This document shows, piece after piece, positions 1 to 10,063 of a stretch of DNA of 64,000 bases. The stretch is from the IMG/VR virus record IMGVR_UViG_3300031087_000457. One strand, written 5' to 3'. Made by a program: the position numbers and the translations under genes. Position 1 is the first letter of the stretch. Each line of letters begins with the position of its first letter. This stretch comes from an uncultured virus (IMG/VR IMGVR_UViG_3300031087_000457) (lineage: Duplodnaviria > Heunggongvirae > Uroviricota > Caudoviricetes). The notes beneath the pieces were generated by a model. That model saw nothing but the letters and a program-made list of their open reading frames with translations, did not search any database and was not told where the DNA came from.

Positions 1-1
1 C

Positions 2-1291
2 GAGCACTATGGCTCCAAGGAAGAGGCCACTCGGGCCTATGAGACTCGCATGGAGGCAGAGGCTGATGGAGGCCGGGAGGCCGAGCGGAAGGCTCAGGCA
101 GAGGAGCGTCTCGCCAGGGTCGAGGAGAAGGTCCTTCGGGAGGAGAACAGCGAGCTCGACTTCGACATCATCCGCCACCAGCTCAAGTGGATCCGAAAGT
201 GGGAAGAAGACTGGACGGAGGACGATCACTACAATCTTCGCATCGTTCAGAAGCTCACACAGCTCACCTCGGAGGATGACTGGAACGAGGAGAAGGAGGC
301 CCAGGCGGAGCGACTCCTCGCGGAGATGAGACCAGCTGTGGATAGGCCCTACATTCGTTACCCAGGAAGTAGGGGTGGCTGGTCCACCAATGATCCGAGC
401 TGGAACGACTCCAACGCCCGGGACCAGAGCCTCAACAAGCTCGCAGAGAATCTCCTGCAGCGTCGGCGCATGGAGGAGCTCTCCCACGAGCCTGTGGAGG
501 GTGAGCTCGACAACCCTCGGCTCCTCGGGCTCAGGGATGCCCAGGAAGCCGCGCTCCAGGAAGCTGCCTACTTCCGTCGCTACACCGGAGAGGTTGAGGT
601 TCGCATGGGCAGGGTTGAGCCCCATCTGCAGGAATCAATCTCCCGGGTAGCTCGCGGGGACGAGTGGCATGGGCTCGCCGAGGGTGCTGACCACCGGAGC
701 CTTCTTCCGGTTGGAGAGCGCGTCTTCGCCGCCATGCATCCGGATGCTCCCGGTGACCTTCGCAACAACCAGCTCTACCTGGCCACGGTCTTCCCGGTCC
801 GAGAGCTCAAGGCTGAGATGGACCGCATCGGCATCGACGGTGTTTCGGTCTCCACCCTGGACAACGGCCGGGAGCAGGGCAATATCTACACCGTGATGAC
901 CCCCGACGGAAGCACTCGATCCTTTGCCGTCTATGAGCACCGGAACAGCGACTCCATCATCATCAACGGCCGGGAGGACTGGAACGGAGAGGGGCTTCCC
1001 TACGCTGGAGACAATAAGAACCAGTTCTTCGCTGAGTTCGAGGAAGAGGACCGGGTGCGAGCCGCACAGTCGCTGACCTTCTACCTCTCGGCGGCCCAGA
1101 AGGGTACCCTGGAGGAGGATGCTGAGCTCGTTGCCAAGGCGCAGCACCGGGACTGGAATGCTATCCTCGACGCCCAGATTCCGGGCTTCAAGGCCTGGCG
1201 GCAGGAGCAGATCACGGATCGCTACATCGCTCCCGAGGATGAGAACGAGGAGGACATCCTGAGGCGCCTCGACTTCCCGAGCAGCAGCTAG
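2..1291 (+). CDS. 5'-truncated hypothetical protein carrying the end of the shared His/Cys N-terminal tag
   Basis: Frame is open from base 2 (EHYGSKEEATRAYETRM...), so the true start lies upstream of the window; typical codon usage; followed by a hairpin. Confidence 0.8.
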   Translation, partial: EHYGSKEEATRAYETRMEAEADGGREAERKAQAEERLARVEEKVLREENSELDFDIIRHQLKWIRKWEEDWTEDDHYNLRIVQKLTQLTSEDDWNEEKEAQAERLLAEMRPAVDRPYIRYPGSRGGWSTNDPSWNDSNARDQSLNKLAENLLQRRRMEELSHEPVEGELDNPRLLGLRDAQEAALQEAAYFRRYTGEVEVRMGRVEPHLQESISRVARGDEWHGLAEGADHRSLLPVGERVFAAMHPDAPGDLRNNQLYLATVFPVRELKAEMDRIGIDGVSVSTLDNGREQGNIYTVMTPDGSTRSFAVYEHRNSDSIIINGREDWNGEGLPYAGDNKNQFFAEFEEEDRVRAAQSLTFYLSAAQKGTLEEDAELVAKAQHRDWNAILDAQIPGFKAWRQEQITDRYIAPEDENEEDILRRLDFPSSS

Positions 1292-1312
1292 AGTAGCACA
1301 GAGCACATAGCG

Positions 1313-1353
1313 GGAGAGGCCGTCGGAATCCAATCGGATCCGGCGGCCTCTCC
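1313..1353. terminator. GC-rich inverted repeat between convergent genes (probable bidirectional terminator)
   Basis: ggagaggccg...cggcctctcc. Confidence 0.7.
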
Positions 1354-1388
1354 TGTAGCCTTGCGTAGGCTGCAGCTACGGCTGAAGC

Positions 1389-2258
1389 TCAGTCTCCGTC
1401 GATGTCCCTCTTGAGACGCTCAAAGAGCTCCAGGAAGACACCCACATCGATGCGGTAGGGCTCGGGGAGGTCTCCGTAGGTAGTTCCGGTTCCCGCTGGA
1501 AGAGGCTCAGGATCTAGAAGCTTCGGTGAACGCTCGTCGCTGCGAAGGTAGCGAGCGACAACCGACCGAGTTCGGCTGTAGAGAGGAATGAGCGCATCCT
1601 GACTAATGCGAAGCTCCTCGGAGGCGTAGGGAAAGAGCCGACTGGTGAGGATCTCCCTGAGCCGGCCATCGGCGGTGGTGTAGCGGTTGGGATCGAACTC
1701 ATCCTCGCTGCTGTTCCAGTAGACTGAGTCGAAGGGCTCGTCGGTGCGTCCCAGGGTCCAGCCCGGAAGATCCCCGAAGGTTCCCTCGGCGTTCTCCAGG
1801 GACTCCCATTCCTTTCCTCGGGCCTTCCACTCCTTTCGAGTGAATTCCTCCGGACCCTCGCTCTGATCCTGGTAGTGGTAGTCCTCGAAGAGCCCCAGGG
1901 ACTCAAGGGCTTCCCCGTAGGCGGGCTCGGAGTAGTAGCTGTAGGCAAGGAGATTGCCAGCAGATGAGCGGCCGAAGACCAGGGAGAAGCGCAGGGGATC
2001 ATTGAGTGTGTGGTGCTTTCCGTAGCTCTGCTGCCGCTCCTTCCACTGCCTGTCCAGGTCGAGAAGGACGGGCCAGCGAGGATTCTCACTGTCGAAGGCT
2101 CCATGGTTATCCACGAAGCGGAGGAGCTCTTCGGCTACGAGCTTTCGGGCCGCCTCCTCGAAGACAGGCCGAACGGCCTCGGCGATCTTCGGAGTGAGCT
2201 CGAGGAGATCTGTCTGGGGATCGATGAGCCTCAGTCCATTGTAGAGCTTCACTGACAT
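1389..2258 (-). CDS. hypothetical protein
   Basis: Long ORF; likely start MSVKLYNG at 2258 after a GGAAGG RBS-like sequence. Confidence 0.75.
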   Translation of the reverse strand: MSVKLYNGLRLIDPQTDLLELTPKIAEAVRPVFEEAARKLVAEELLRFVDNHGAFDSENPRWPVLLDLDRQWKERQQSYGKHHTLNDPLRFSLVFGRSSAGNLLAYSYYSEPAYGEALESLGLFEDYHYQDQSEGPEEFTRKEWKARGKEWESLENAEGTFGDLPGWTLGRTDEPFDSVYWNSSEDEFDPNRYTTADGRLREILTSRLFPYASEELRISQDALIPLYSRTRSVVARYLRSDERSPKLLDPEPLPAGTGTTYGDLPEPYRIDVGVFLELFERLKRDIDGD

Positions 2259-2520
2259 GGGGTGCCTTCCGGAGGTTGAGCTTTGTTCGCGCGGGCGCTG
2301 ATAGCTAGAGTACCGATCAGCCTGAGGACGATGTTTGCCCGCCGTGATAGAGGAGCTGCTGATAGGTGTTGGCATTGAGACCTTCAAAATTTGGGAAGAT
2401 TCCCATGGTGAGAACTGCTGTCGATTCATCACCTAGAGCGCTGTAGTCGCGAGACTACGCACTTTGAACGATGTTTCGGTACCATGACATCACAGCAATA
2501 GAACCAGACCAGGAGAACTG

Positions 2521-4653
2521 ATGGCGGAAGCTAAGGGTGCAGCGTACAGCGCCAATGACATGGACGAGGTGGACGACAAGGCCCACTACCGTATGCGTCC
2601 CAACCTCGTCTGGGGCGGAGAGCTCGGAAGCCCCGAGCGACCTTTCTCGACAATGCAGAGGACTGCCCTAAGGGAGATCTACGAAAATAGTGTAGACGAG
2701 GCGCTCCAGGGCCACGCGGACAAGATCTCGGTGCACCTCTTCGAGGATCACTCCTTCGAGGTCATCGACAATGGCCGTGGTCTCCCCACTGACATCAACA
2801 AGAAGACCGGCAAGTCCGGCATCTACCAGGCTCTGGGCACGCTGCGCTCCGGCCGTAACTTCGACTCAAGCGACGGCAAGAAGTCCACGGGAACCAACGG
2901 ACTGGGTGCATCTGCTGTCACGATCTTCTCGAAGCGCTTCGATGTGACGGTCTACCGGGGTGGAAAGCAGTACGAGCTTTCCTTCCGGGCCGGTGAGGCT
3001 GGAACCTTCGAGGGCGACGGACCGGATGCGGCCTTCTCGCCCATCAGCGATGTGTCCTACATGAAGATCTCCAAGGACGCTCGCCCCAAGGCAGAGCGCG
3101 AGGGCTGGGAAACCGGCACGAAGATCCGCGTGTGGTTCGATCCTGACGCCTTCCCCACCAACTACCACTACGACGACAACGAGATCGTCGAGCGCCTCAA
3201 GGGCACGGCCTTCCTCGTCCCCAACCTGAAGATCTTCGTCACCAACGAGCTCAACAGGACCGTGGATGAGCAGACCGGCGAGGTCACCATCCAGAAGGAG
3301 GTCTTCGACTTCCCCAATGGCTTCGGCGACATGGTGACGGCCTTCCAGCCCGACCAGCCCATCATCTCTGAGCCCGTCGTGCTCAACGGAACGGCGAAGC
3401 TCGTCACGAGGACTCCCGTGAAGCAGGCCGACGGCAACTTCAAGAACATGGATGTAGAGAAGGAGGTCCCCTACACGGTGGCCTTCTCCTACGGTAGTGG
3501 CTACGACAACTCGCTCCACACCTTCGTCAACACGGTGAACACTCGAGCCCACGGCTCCCACCTCACCGGTGTGCAGAACGCCATGGTGACTGCCTTCAAT
3601 GAGCGCTTCGACTCCATGCGAGGACTCCTCACCAAGAGCGACAGCCTCCCGAAGGTGGATGACTATCTCGAGGGCCTCACCCTGGTGGTGTCGATCTACC
3701 TGTCCTCGGCTCCCTTCACCTCTCAGTCCAAGGAGGCGATCTCCAGCCGACCCGTGCAGAAGTCCATCCAGGATGCTGTGGTGGAGGACTTCAAGAACTG
3801 GATCAAGGCTCCCGCCAATCAGGCCGACCTGAAGGCCATCGCGGCCAAGGTCACCACGGCTGCGAAGAACCGCCAGCAGGTACAGAACCAGCGGGATCTC
3901 CAGAGGCAGAAGAACGAGCTCAAGCAGAGCTCCCTGCCGGACTCACTCATCGACTGCGAGCTCTCGGGCACGGATGCTGCTGAGCTCTACATCTGCGAGG
4001 GAGACTCCGCTAAGACCTCCCTGAAGGCCGCCCGCGATGGTCGCATCAATGCGCTCCTCGGTGTGCGAGGTAAGATCATCAACGCCTACGGCAACAAGAA
4101 CAAGATGTCGGATGTGCTCAAGTCTAAGCCCGTCCAGGAGATCATCAAGGCTCTGGGCGCTGGAGCCGGCAGCGACTTCGACATCAACCAGGTTCGCTAC
4201 GGCAAGGTCTTCTTCGCGGTGGACGCCGATGTGGACGGCAACGCGATTGCCGTCGGCCTCTACGCGCTCTTCTGGGTGCTCTTCAGGCCCCTGGTGGAGG
4301 CTGGAAGGATCTACAAGATCGAGCCTCCCCTGTTCGCCATCCTCACGGATCAGGGCACGAAGTCCAAGAAGCACTACGCTCGAGACGACGCTGAGCGCGA
4401 TGTGGTCATGGCCAAGCTCCAGAAGCAGAACATCAAGTTCCGCGTGTCCCGGCTCAAGGGTCTCGGTGAGATGGAGGATGACGACCTCGAAGAGACCGCC
4501 ATCAACCCTCAGACTCGCATCATCACGCAGGTCACCACCAAGGATCTCGAGGCTGCTCGGCAGGCTCTGGACATCGCCATCGGCGATGATGTCTCGATCC
4601 GCAAGGCCTGGATCGAGTCCTCCGAGGTGGACGAGGAAGAGCTCCTCTCCTAG
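2521..4653 (+). CDS. gyrB: Type IIA topoisomerase B subunit (GyrB/ParE-like)
   Basis: GHKL motifs EIYENSVDE, DNGRGLP, GTNGLGAS; TOPRIM motifs EGDSA, RGKIIN, DADVDG; RLKGLGEM; AGGAG RBS. Confidence 0.93.
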   Translation: MAEAKGAAYSANDMDEVDDKAHYRMRPNLVWGGELGSPERPFSTMQRTALREIYENSVDEALQGHADKISVHLFEDHSFEVIDNGRGLPTDINKKTGKSGIYQALGTLRSGRNFDSSDGKKSTGTNGLGASAVTIFSKRFDVTVYRGGKQYELSFRAGEAGTFEGDGPDAAFSPISDVSYMKISKDARPKAEREGWETGTKIRVWFDPDAFPTNYHYDDNEIVERLKGTAFLVPNLKIFVTNELNRTVDEQTGEVTIQKEVFDFPNGFGDMVTAFQPDQPIISEPVVLNGTAKLVTRTPVKQADGNFKNMDVEKEVPYTVAFSYGSGYDNSLHTFVNTVNTRAHGSHLTGVQNAMVTAFNERFDSMRGLLTKSDSLPKVDDYLEGLTLVVSIYLSSAPFTSQSKEAISSRPVQKSIQDAVVEDFKNWIKAPANQADLKAIAAKVTTAAKNRQQVQNQRDLQRQKNELKQSSLPDSLIDCELSGTDAAELYICEGDSAKTSLKAARDGRINALLGVRGKIINAYGNKNKMSDVLKSKPVQEIIKALGAGAGSDFDINQVRYGKVFFAVDADVDGNAIAVGLYALFWVLFRPLVEAGRIYKIEPPLFAILTDQGTKSKKHYARDDAERDVVMAKLQKQNIKFRVSRLKGLGEMEDDDLEETAINPQTRIITQVTTKDLEAARQALDIAIGDDVSIRKAWIESSEVDEEELLS

Positions 4654-4674
4654 GAGCTGAGAGTAGCACCGGCT

Positions 4675-4715
4675 GGGGCCGGAGTCGCGGGCAACCGTTT
4701 GACTCCGGCCCCTTT
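4675..4715 (+). terminator. Intrinsic terminator after the gyrB-like gene
   Basis: ggggccggagtc...gactccggcccc followed by ttt. Confidence 0.75.
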
Positions 4716-4838
4716 GCCGTGTAGCATTGGGTCTGCAGCTTCCATCAACAGCTGTCACCGGAGGCTGTAGCTGTACGGCTCCGGTTCAGCTACTCGAAAC
4801 GACCGAAGGTACTAGCCCTCGAGAAACCGGAACTATCC

Positions 4839-6122
4839 GTGGACCTCTTCCTCTTCTTGCTGATCTTCTTTGTGCCTCTGTTTGGCTTTACCCTCGGTGC
4901 CTTTTTCCTCGACTCGATCAGCTATGCTATGAGCGAGCTCTGGGAACGGGCCGTACCCGCTCTTCGAAGAGTCTTCAAGCGAGACCGGCCGGTGATCGGC
5001 TACAAGCTCGTCGAGCTCGTGGATGGCAAGTTCATGCAACCAGGCAGGGGGAGCGCCCGAAACATCTTCAGCTCGGAAAAGATTCAGGCCGATGTGTCCC
5101 AGGACTCAGTCCTCGAGAGTGCGTCTGCGCTAAAGCGACAGTTCCTTGCGGAGATTCTCCTCTACGGCGATCTGGAGCAGTCTGATTACGACTACCGGAG
5201 CAGGGACCATCGAGTGCTCCAGATCGTAGCCCTTAAGCACCAGCCCATTCGAGGTCTGTTCAGCAAGGCCCGGGAACTCGAGGATCTACAGCCCCTCCTC
5301 GATGAGCTCCAGGAGAAGTCGGGGTCCGTTCAACCCCTGCGCTATGTGCAGTCCCTGGAAGATTTCGAGCCCACGGTGATCGAACCGGGCTGGCGGGCTC
5401 GCAGGCGAGCCTGGAGGCTCCGAGACTACTTCGCCACCACGAAGATGTTCTATGCTGCCGATGATCTCACCGTTGCTCCAGGATTGCAGCCGGTGACATC
5501 CTCTGGTGCCGCGATCTCCGGCACCGTTCAGAAGAGGCCTCGCCGTCGCAGGACCAAGGGCTTCGAGACGCTCATCGCTGAAGTTCAGACTCGCATTCCC
5601 GAAACAGCTGGCCGCAGTCTGCAGAAGACCCTGAAGATCCTCCTCGGAGAGCTCAGTGAGCTCCAGGGCCGGCTCACTGAATCAGAAGTCAGCCAGGGAG
5701 CCAGGCTCCTCGAGGCCAAGTACGGCCCCAGTGTTCGAAGGCTCATCGAGCTCAGCTCCCGGGACTACTACGGAAGCTTCTTCAGTGACCCCAAGCGCTG
5801 GAGCGATCCTCAGCGCATGGCGCTTCAGGTAGAGCTCTCTGCTGTCACTCTGGTCAAGGAGCTCACAGAGGACCTCAAGGGACTCAACTCGCCTCGAGAG
5901 CTCGAATTCCAGCTCTCGGTGCGATCTCTGGTCGGAGCAGACAGCCAGCCTCGGAGCCTGGAGGAGCCATCCGTGAATGCGGTCCTCGGGAAAGATCGTG
6001 CTGAGCGTCCCGACTTCCAGGGGGACCTGGAGAGTTTGCGAGAGGCACTGACGACCGAGGAGGCAGCGCTCCTCGAAGAACAGAGCCGGCCTAAGAGCCT
6101 CAAGCAGATGCTACTCGGTTAG
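4839..6122 (+). CDS. Membrane-anchored hypothetical protein
   Basis: N-terminal hydrophobic helix; shares a domain (GYK...EILLYG...HRVLQI) with the next ORF. Confidence 0.75.
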   Translation: MDLFLFLLIFFVPLFGFTLGAFFLDSISYAMSELWERAVPALRRVFKRDRPVIGYKLVELVDGKFMQPGRGSARNIFSSEKIQADVSQDSVLESASALKRQFLAEILLYGDLEQSDYDYRSRDHRVLQIVALKHQPIRGLFSKARELEDLQPLLDELQEKSGSVQPLRYVQSLEDFEPTVIEPGWRARRRAWRLRDYFATTKMFYAADDLTVAPGLQPVTSSGAAISGTVQKRPRRRRTKGFETLIAEVQTRIPETAGRSLQKTLKILLGELSELQGRLTESEVSQGARLLEAKYGPSVRRLIELSSRDYYGSFFSDPKRWSDPQRMALQVELSAVTLVKELTEDLKGLNSPRELEFQLSVRSLVGADSQPRSLEEPSVNAVLGKDRAERPDFQGDLESLREALTTEEAALLEEQSRPKSLKQMLLG

Positions 6123-6145
6123 AAGAACTGAAGGAAGGTATAACG

Positions 6146-6880
6146 ATGGACACTCCGGCAGAGTTTTTGACCACAATCCAAGAGACCATGATCGATTTTC
6201 TCAGATTGCTACCGTTTCTCATTCTAGCAGCAGTTCCTGTAGCTATGCTGGGAGTGATCGCCTTCAATCTACTGAGGCCAGCCAACCGCTTTGTGCAAGG
6301 CGAAGCAGTGGTAGCCTACAAGGGCGCGAATCTCACCGCACAGGGCTTCCGCGGTGTCTCCGGTGGAGGTCTCTACGGCCATCTCGAGGAGGGTGGGCTC
6401 GATCCGGGATTCCACGCCCTCAAGGACATCGATTCGCTCACGCACTCGATCTATGGAGTCGGCGCCGATGTCTACCTCGAGGTACTCCTCTACGGCAAGG
6501 TCGTGGAATACAAGAATGGCTACATCGGATCCCATCAGCGAGTGCTGCAGGTCATCTTCCCCGACCACAGGCTCTACTGCTACCGATGCTACAGCTCCCG
6601 GGCGAAGTACCTCGACGAGGAGCGTAGATCTTCTAGCCTCACCGGGACGAACAGCCCTCTGATCTGTGAGGACTGCAAGCCTAAGCTCACAAAGCGAACC
6701 TGGAGAATCCCTCTACTCTCACGCAGAAGCCATGAGGAGGATCCTAAGCGCTTCACTCCCCTGACTGAGTACTTCCAGGCTCGCAACGAACGAGATGGCA
6801 ACCCTCAGCCCGTCGGCTTTGCAAGCAGCGTAGAAGAGCTCGTGCCCACAGTTCTGCCGGACTCAGTTTCGGCACGATAG
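6146..6880 (+). CDS. Membrane-anchored hypothetical protein with CxxC...CxxC
   Basis: TM helix; AYK...GFHA...EVLLYG...QRVLQV; CYRC and CEDC. Confidence 0.8.
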   Translation: MDTPAEFLTTIQETMIDFLRLLPFLILAAVPVAMLGVIAFNLLRPANRFVQGEAVVAYKGANLTAQGFRGVSGGGLYGHLEEGGLDPGFHALKDIDSLTHSIYGVGADVYLEVLLYGKVVEYKNGYIGSHQRVLQVIFPDHRLYCYRCYSSRAKYLDEERRSSSLTGTNSPLICEDCKPKLTKRTWRIPLLSRRSHEEDPKRFTPLTEYFQARNERDGNPQPVGFASSVEELVPTVLPDSVSAR

Positions 6881-6905
6881 ATCCAACAGTAGAAAGGGGT
6901 ATCCC

Positions 6906-7265
6906 ATGTACCTAGGTAGCAAGGTCAGGAGCTTCCGCGCCGAAGACAGCGGCATCGTCGCTGCTGGAGCCCGAAAGACTCAGCCCATCGAGGAGATCGT
7001 AGCCGAGGTGGTTCCCGCTGTGGAGCTCACCGCTACGACAACTCCTGTTCCCGCAGCTGCTGATGTAGCTGAGGCCGTGACGGTGGAGGAGCGAGATCGG
7101 CTCCGAGGGCTCGTCGGCCTTCTGCGAAAGGTCAACGGTCGTCTGCGGCGAGACAACAGGCGGCTCACCAAGGAGAACGAGGCTCTCCGGGACGGCACTC
7201 CCGTCACCGTAGACTCGATTCTCTCGGCTGGAGCAACCGCACGGCAGGATGAGCTCACTCACTGA
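6906..7265 (+). CDS. Small hypothetical protein with a short coiled coil
   Basis: RBS gaaagggg; followed by a hairpin at about 7274-7316. Confidence 0.65.
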   Translation: MYLGSKVRSFRAEDSGIVAAGARKTQPIEEIVAEVVPAVELTATTTPVPAAADVAEAVTVEERDRLRGLVGLLRKVNGRLRRDNRRLTKENEALRDGTPVTVDSILSAGATARQDELTH

Positions 7266-7383
7266 GTCTGTCCGGGCCCTGGGCTCCTTCGCTTCGGCGA
7301 AGCGCCCGGGGCCTTTCGCATTCCCACGACGATAGTTCGATAGCACAACGGAATCAGCTGATCCCGAGAAATTGGAGGCACCC

Positions 7384-8607
7384 ATGTCCACAGATCTTCA
7401 GCACGAGCCTAGGGGCGAGGTGAAGGAAGGGCTTCCGAAGTTCTTGCGATTCTCGATCTTCGCTCTGGTGGCAGTCACGCTGATCACCATCGTGGCTCTC
7501 TTCGTAGACAACATCGAGGGCAAGGGCACCAAGATCACCCTGACCTTCGTGATCTTCGCCATGTTCGTGGGCCTCGCCGCCCTGGACACGCTCAAGGGAT
7601 CGAAGCGATCCTGGTATGCCCCGGCTGCCTTCCTTTCCAATACGGTCTTCCTCGGAGCCTCGATCCTCACGGTCTGGCTTACGCCCGGAATCTACTTCGG
7701 CTTCACGGCCGTGGCCATCTTCCACATCCTCGTCTACCTGGCAATCCTGCGAGCTGGACTGTTCTTCGGCATGCTCGCCATGAACGCCATCGACCGGGAA
7801 GAGGCAGGCGGTAGGAAGCTCGAGCTCTACGAGAACAAGTCCTCCCTGTGGGCAGCCTGGCTCGGCGGAATCGCCGCCGCACTCTTCGTGGTCTACATCG
7901 CCGCCAACCAGATCCTCACCGGACGGGCCATCAACTACTCCCTCTTCGCCTTCTGGGACATCTACCTGAAGCTCAGCACTGCTGTGCTGATCCTCGCGGG
8001 TCTTGCCCTGTCGATCTCCTTCCTCCTGCGCTGGTTCTTCGGAGCCGATGAGCGTGCGGCTAAGCGTGCCCACTACGCTGGTCAGGCTCACCTGCGCTCC
8101 GACTGGGACGCACAGAACCGAGGCAGCTACGGACAGGACCAGTGGCCGGCTACCCAGGGCCAGATGCCCGCATGGCCCGCACCCGGAGCAGGCAATCAGA
8201 GGCCAGCATGGCCGGGTCCTCAGCCGATGGCTTCAGCAGATCAGCCCACTCAGCAGCAGAGCCTTCTCCCCTGGCCTACCTTCGATGACGGTCGACCATT
8301 CCCGATGGGCGCTGATGGTCAGCCCGACTTCGAAGCAGCTAAGCGAGAGGCATCCCCAGAGCCTCAGGTCCCTCAGGCTCCTCAGGCCGGTAAGCTCGAA
8401 GATGGCAGCGACGAGCCCTGGTGGGCCCAGGAAGCCCGAGAGGCTCGGGCTGAAGAGACAGGAGCACAGAGCGAATCGCAGGATGCTCCGGTAGAGACTC
8501 AGGCTCCCGGTGCTCCGGCTGAGCCCGGCCGTGGTTGGACCGCCCCGGCCCCTCGCAGCGCCGATGGCTGGAACCGGCCCCAGGGCCCGCAGGGCTGGAG
8601 CCAGTAG
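7384..8607 (+). CDS. Polytopic membrane protein with a Pro/Gln/Trp-rich disordered C-terminus
   Basis: About six hydrophobic segments; GGAGG RBS before ATG 7384. Confidence 0.85.
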   Translation: MSTDLQHEPRGEVKEGLPKFLRFSIFALVAVTLITIVALFVDNIEGKGTKITLTFVIFAMFVGLAALDTLKGSKRSWYAPAAFLSNTVFLGASILTVWLTPGIYFGFTAVAIFHILVYLAILRAGLFFGMLAMNAIDREEAGGRKLELYENKSSLWAAWLGGIAAALFVVYIAANQILTGRAINYSLFAFWDIYLKLSTAVLILAGLALSISFLLRWFFGADERAAKRAHYAGQAHLRSDWDAQNRGSYGQDQWPATQGQMPAWPAPGAGNQRPAWPGPQPMASADQPTQQQSLLPWPTFDDGRPFPMGADGQPDFEAAKREASPEPQVPQAPQAGKLEDGSDEPWWAQEAREARAEETGAQSESQDAPVETQAPGAPAEPGRGWTAPAPRSADGWNRPQGPQGWSQ

Positions 8608-8641
8608 GAGCTAGAATCGGATAGCTAACTCAGCTCCATAG

Positions 8642-8686
8642 AGAGGAACCCCAGGTGTGCTCATCGCCCGCCTGGGGTTCCTCTTT
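8642..8686. terminator. Inverted repeat between convergent genes
   Basis: agaggaaccccagg...cctggggttcctcttt. Confidence 0.7.
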
Positions 8687-8760
8687 GTCGTGGATCGGTT
8701 CGCCATCGCTGAAGCGCTCCGAGGCGCTTAGAACGCGAGCTGCTGCCGCTGAGCGGCGGC

Positions 8761-9591
8761 TCAGCTCTCCTCCATGTAGAGCGACCACTCGTCGGGAAGC
8801 CAGCGCACTTCCTTGAGGGGGAGTCCGAGCTCAAGGCCGATGAACTGCGATCCCCGGATCTCAACGATGGAGCCGTAGGGCTTGTAGAGCACCCGGTCGA
8901 GCCAGCGCAGATAGCTACTGTCCTCACCCCGAAGGAGCCTGCCCGCATCGGTGTTGAGGTTGGGGCCACCGTGAATCTGACCGAAGGGACAGCTCTCCTC
9001 GGCGGTGATCCAGGATGGGTAGGTCTCTCGAAGTGGATCGGCCCAGATCGGATTGGCCGAGAAGTTGGGAGCCTGACCGAGGCTGAAGCCCGGACCCTGG
9101 TAGACGCTGTTGCGGTAGCGCTCGTCGATGGCGTCGGCCGCTTCCTGGGCAGTAGCCGGCGATCCCAGTTCCCGCCAGAGTCCATGGGTCATTCCCCCAT
9201 GGCTCACGAGTCTACCCTTGTCTACGGCGGCAACCTGCATCCATGGCTCGGGGTTCTCCGGAGTGCGGAACCAGCCCTCCCGAAGGAGCCGATCTGTCGT
9301 GCCATTGGTGAACACTCCCGGAGCGTTCAGAGCGAGCATCTCATTGGGACCGACGATCTGAAGCCAGTCTTCCTGGGTGTAGCGATAGGCATTGACGAGT
9401 CGCATGAGCTGCAGATTCGGACCACTGTCTGGGCCGTCCCTGCGCACCGTGTAGTGGCTCAGTAGGTTTCCGAGCTGCACGATGCGATCTGCGCTCTGGG
9501 CTTCCTGGGCCACCACATTCTTCCAGAGCTCGGGATTGCCCAGGAGCTCCGCGATGAAGAGTGTTCTCAAGTCCTGCCTCCAGCCTTTCAC
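8761..9591 (-). CDS. Degenerate calcineurin-like metallophosphoesterase-fold protein
   Basis: Motif order FIAELLG / VQLGNLL / IVGPNE / SHGG / QIHG mirrors DxHG / GDxxD / GNHE / HGG / GH. Confidence 0.55.
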   Translation of the reverse strand: MKGWRQDLRTLFIAELLGNPELWKNVVAQEAQSADRIVQLGNLLSHYTVRRDGPDSGPNLQLMRLVNAYRYTQEDWLQIVGPNEMLALNAPGVFTNGTTDRLLREGWFRTPENPEPWMQVAAVDKGRLVSHGGMTHGLWRELGSPATAQEAADAIDERYRNSVYQGPGFSLGQAPNFSANPIWADPLRETYPSWITAEESCPFGQIHGGPNLNTDAGRLLRGEDSSYLRWLDRVLYKPYGSIVEIRGSQFIGLELGLPLKEVRWLPDEWSLYMEES

Positions 9592-10063
9592 TGTTGCCTA
9601 TCGGCTATCCTCACAACTTCTGCAGCTGGATGACACTCGGAAGTAGCGACCAAGGAGCGACCAAAGCTGAAAACTTCAGAAAGATTCCCCTAGTTCTCCC
9701 GGAGTTCCCGGAGAAGCGTTCAGATCGAGAAACACACACAGCATAGATCATAGCACTTGTTCAGCAAAGCTACGGGAGCAGATCTCTAGAGTCATACACT
9801 CTAGCTACCTACTTACAGACTATAGAAAGATCCGGGAGAGAACGAGAAACCATGGGGTCAGCATCGGGAGCAAGGGCCGTCTCAGCGACAGCCTACGACG
9901 CTCTCAGCGCCTCAGATCGCCACTCCGTGTCGTCGTATGGCCTCGGAGTCTTGGGCCCTCAGATCTGCAGCTACTGCTTCAGCGCCGAAGAACGAGCTCA
10001 TCAGCTGAGCTACAGTCGGTACACTACTGATTCAAGCACCACTACAGGGAGAACGAGGTGAGG

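Noticed and set aside
9852..10061. 69-aa ORF overlapping the Rep start
   Set aside because: Weak RBS and no recognisable motif; cannot be supported as a gene.
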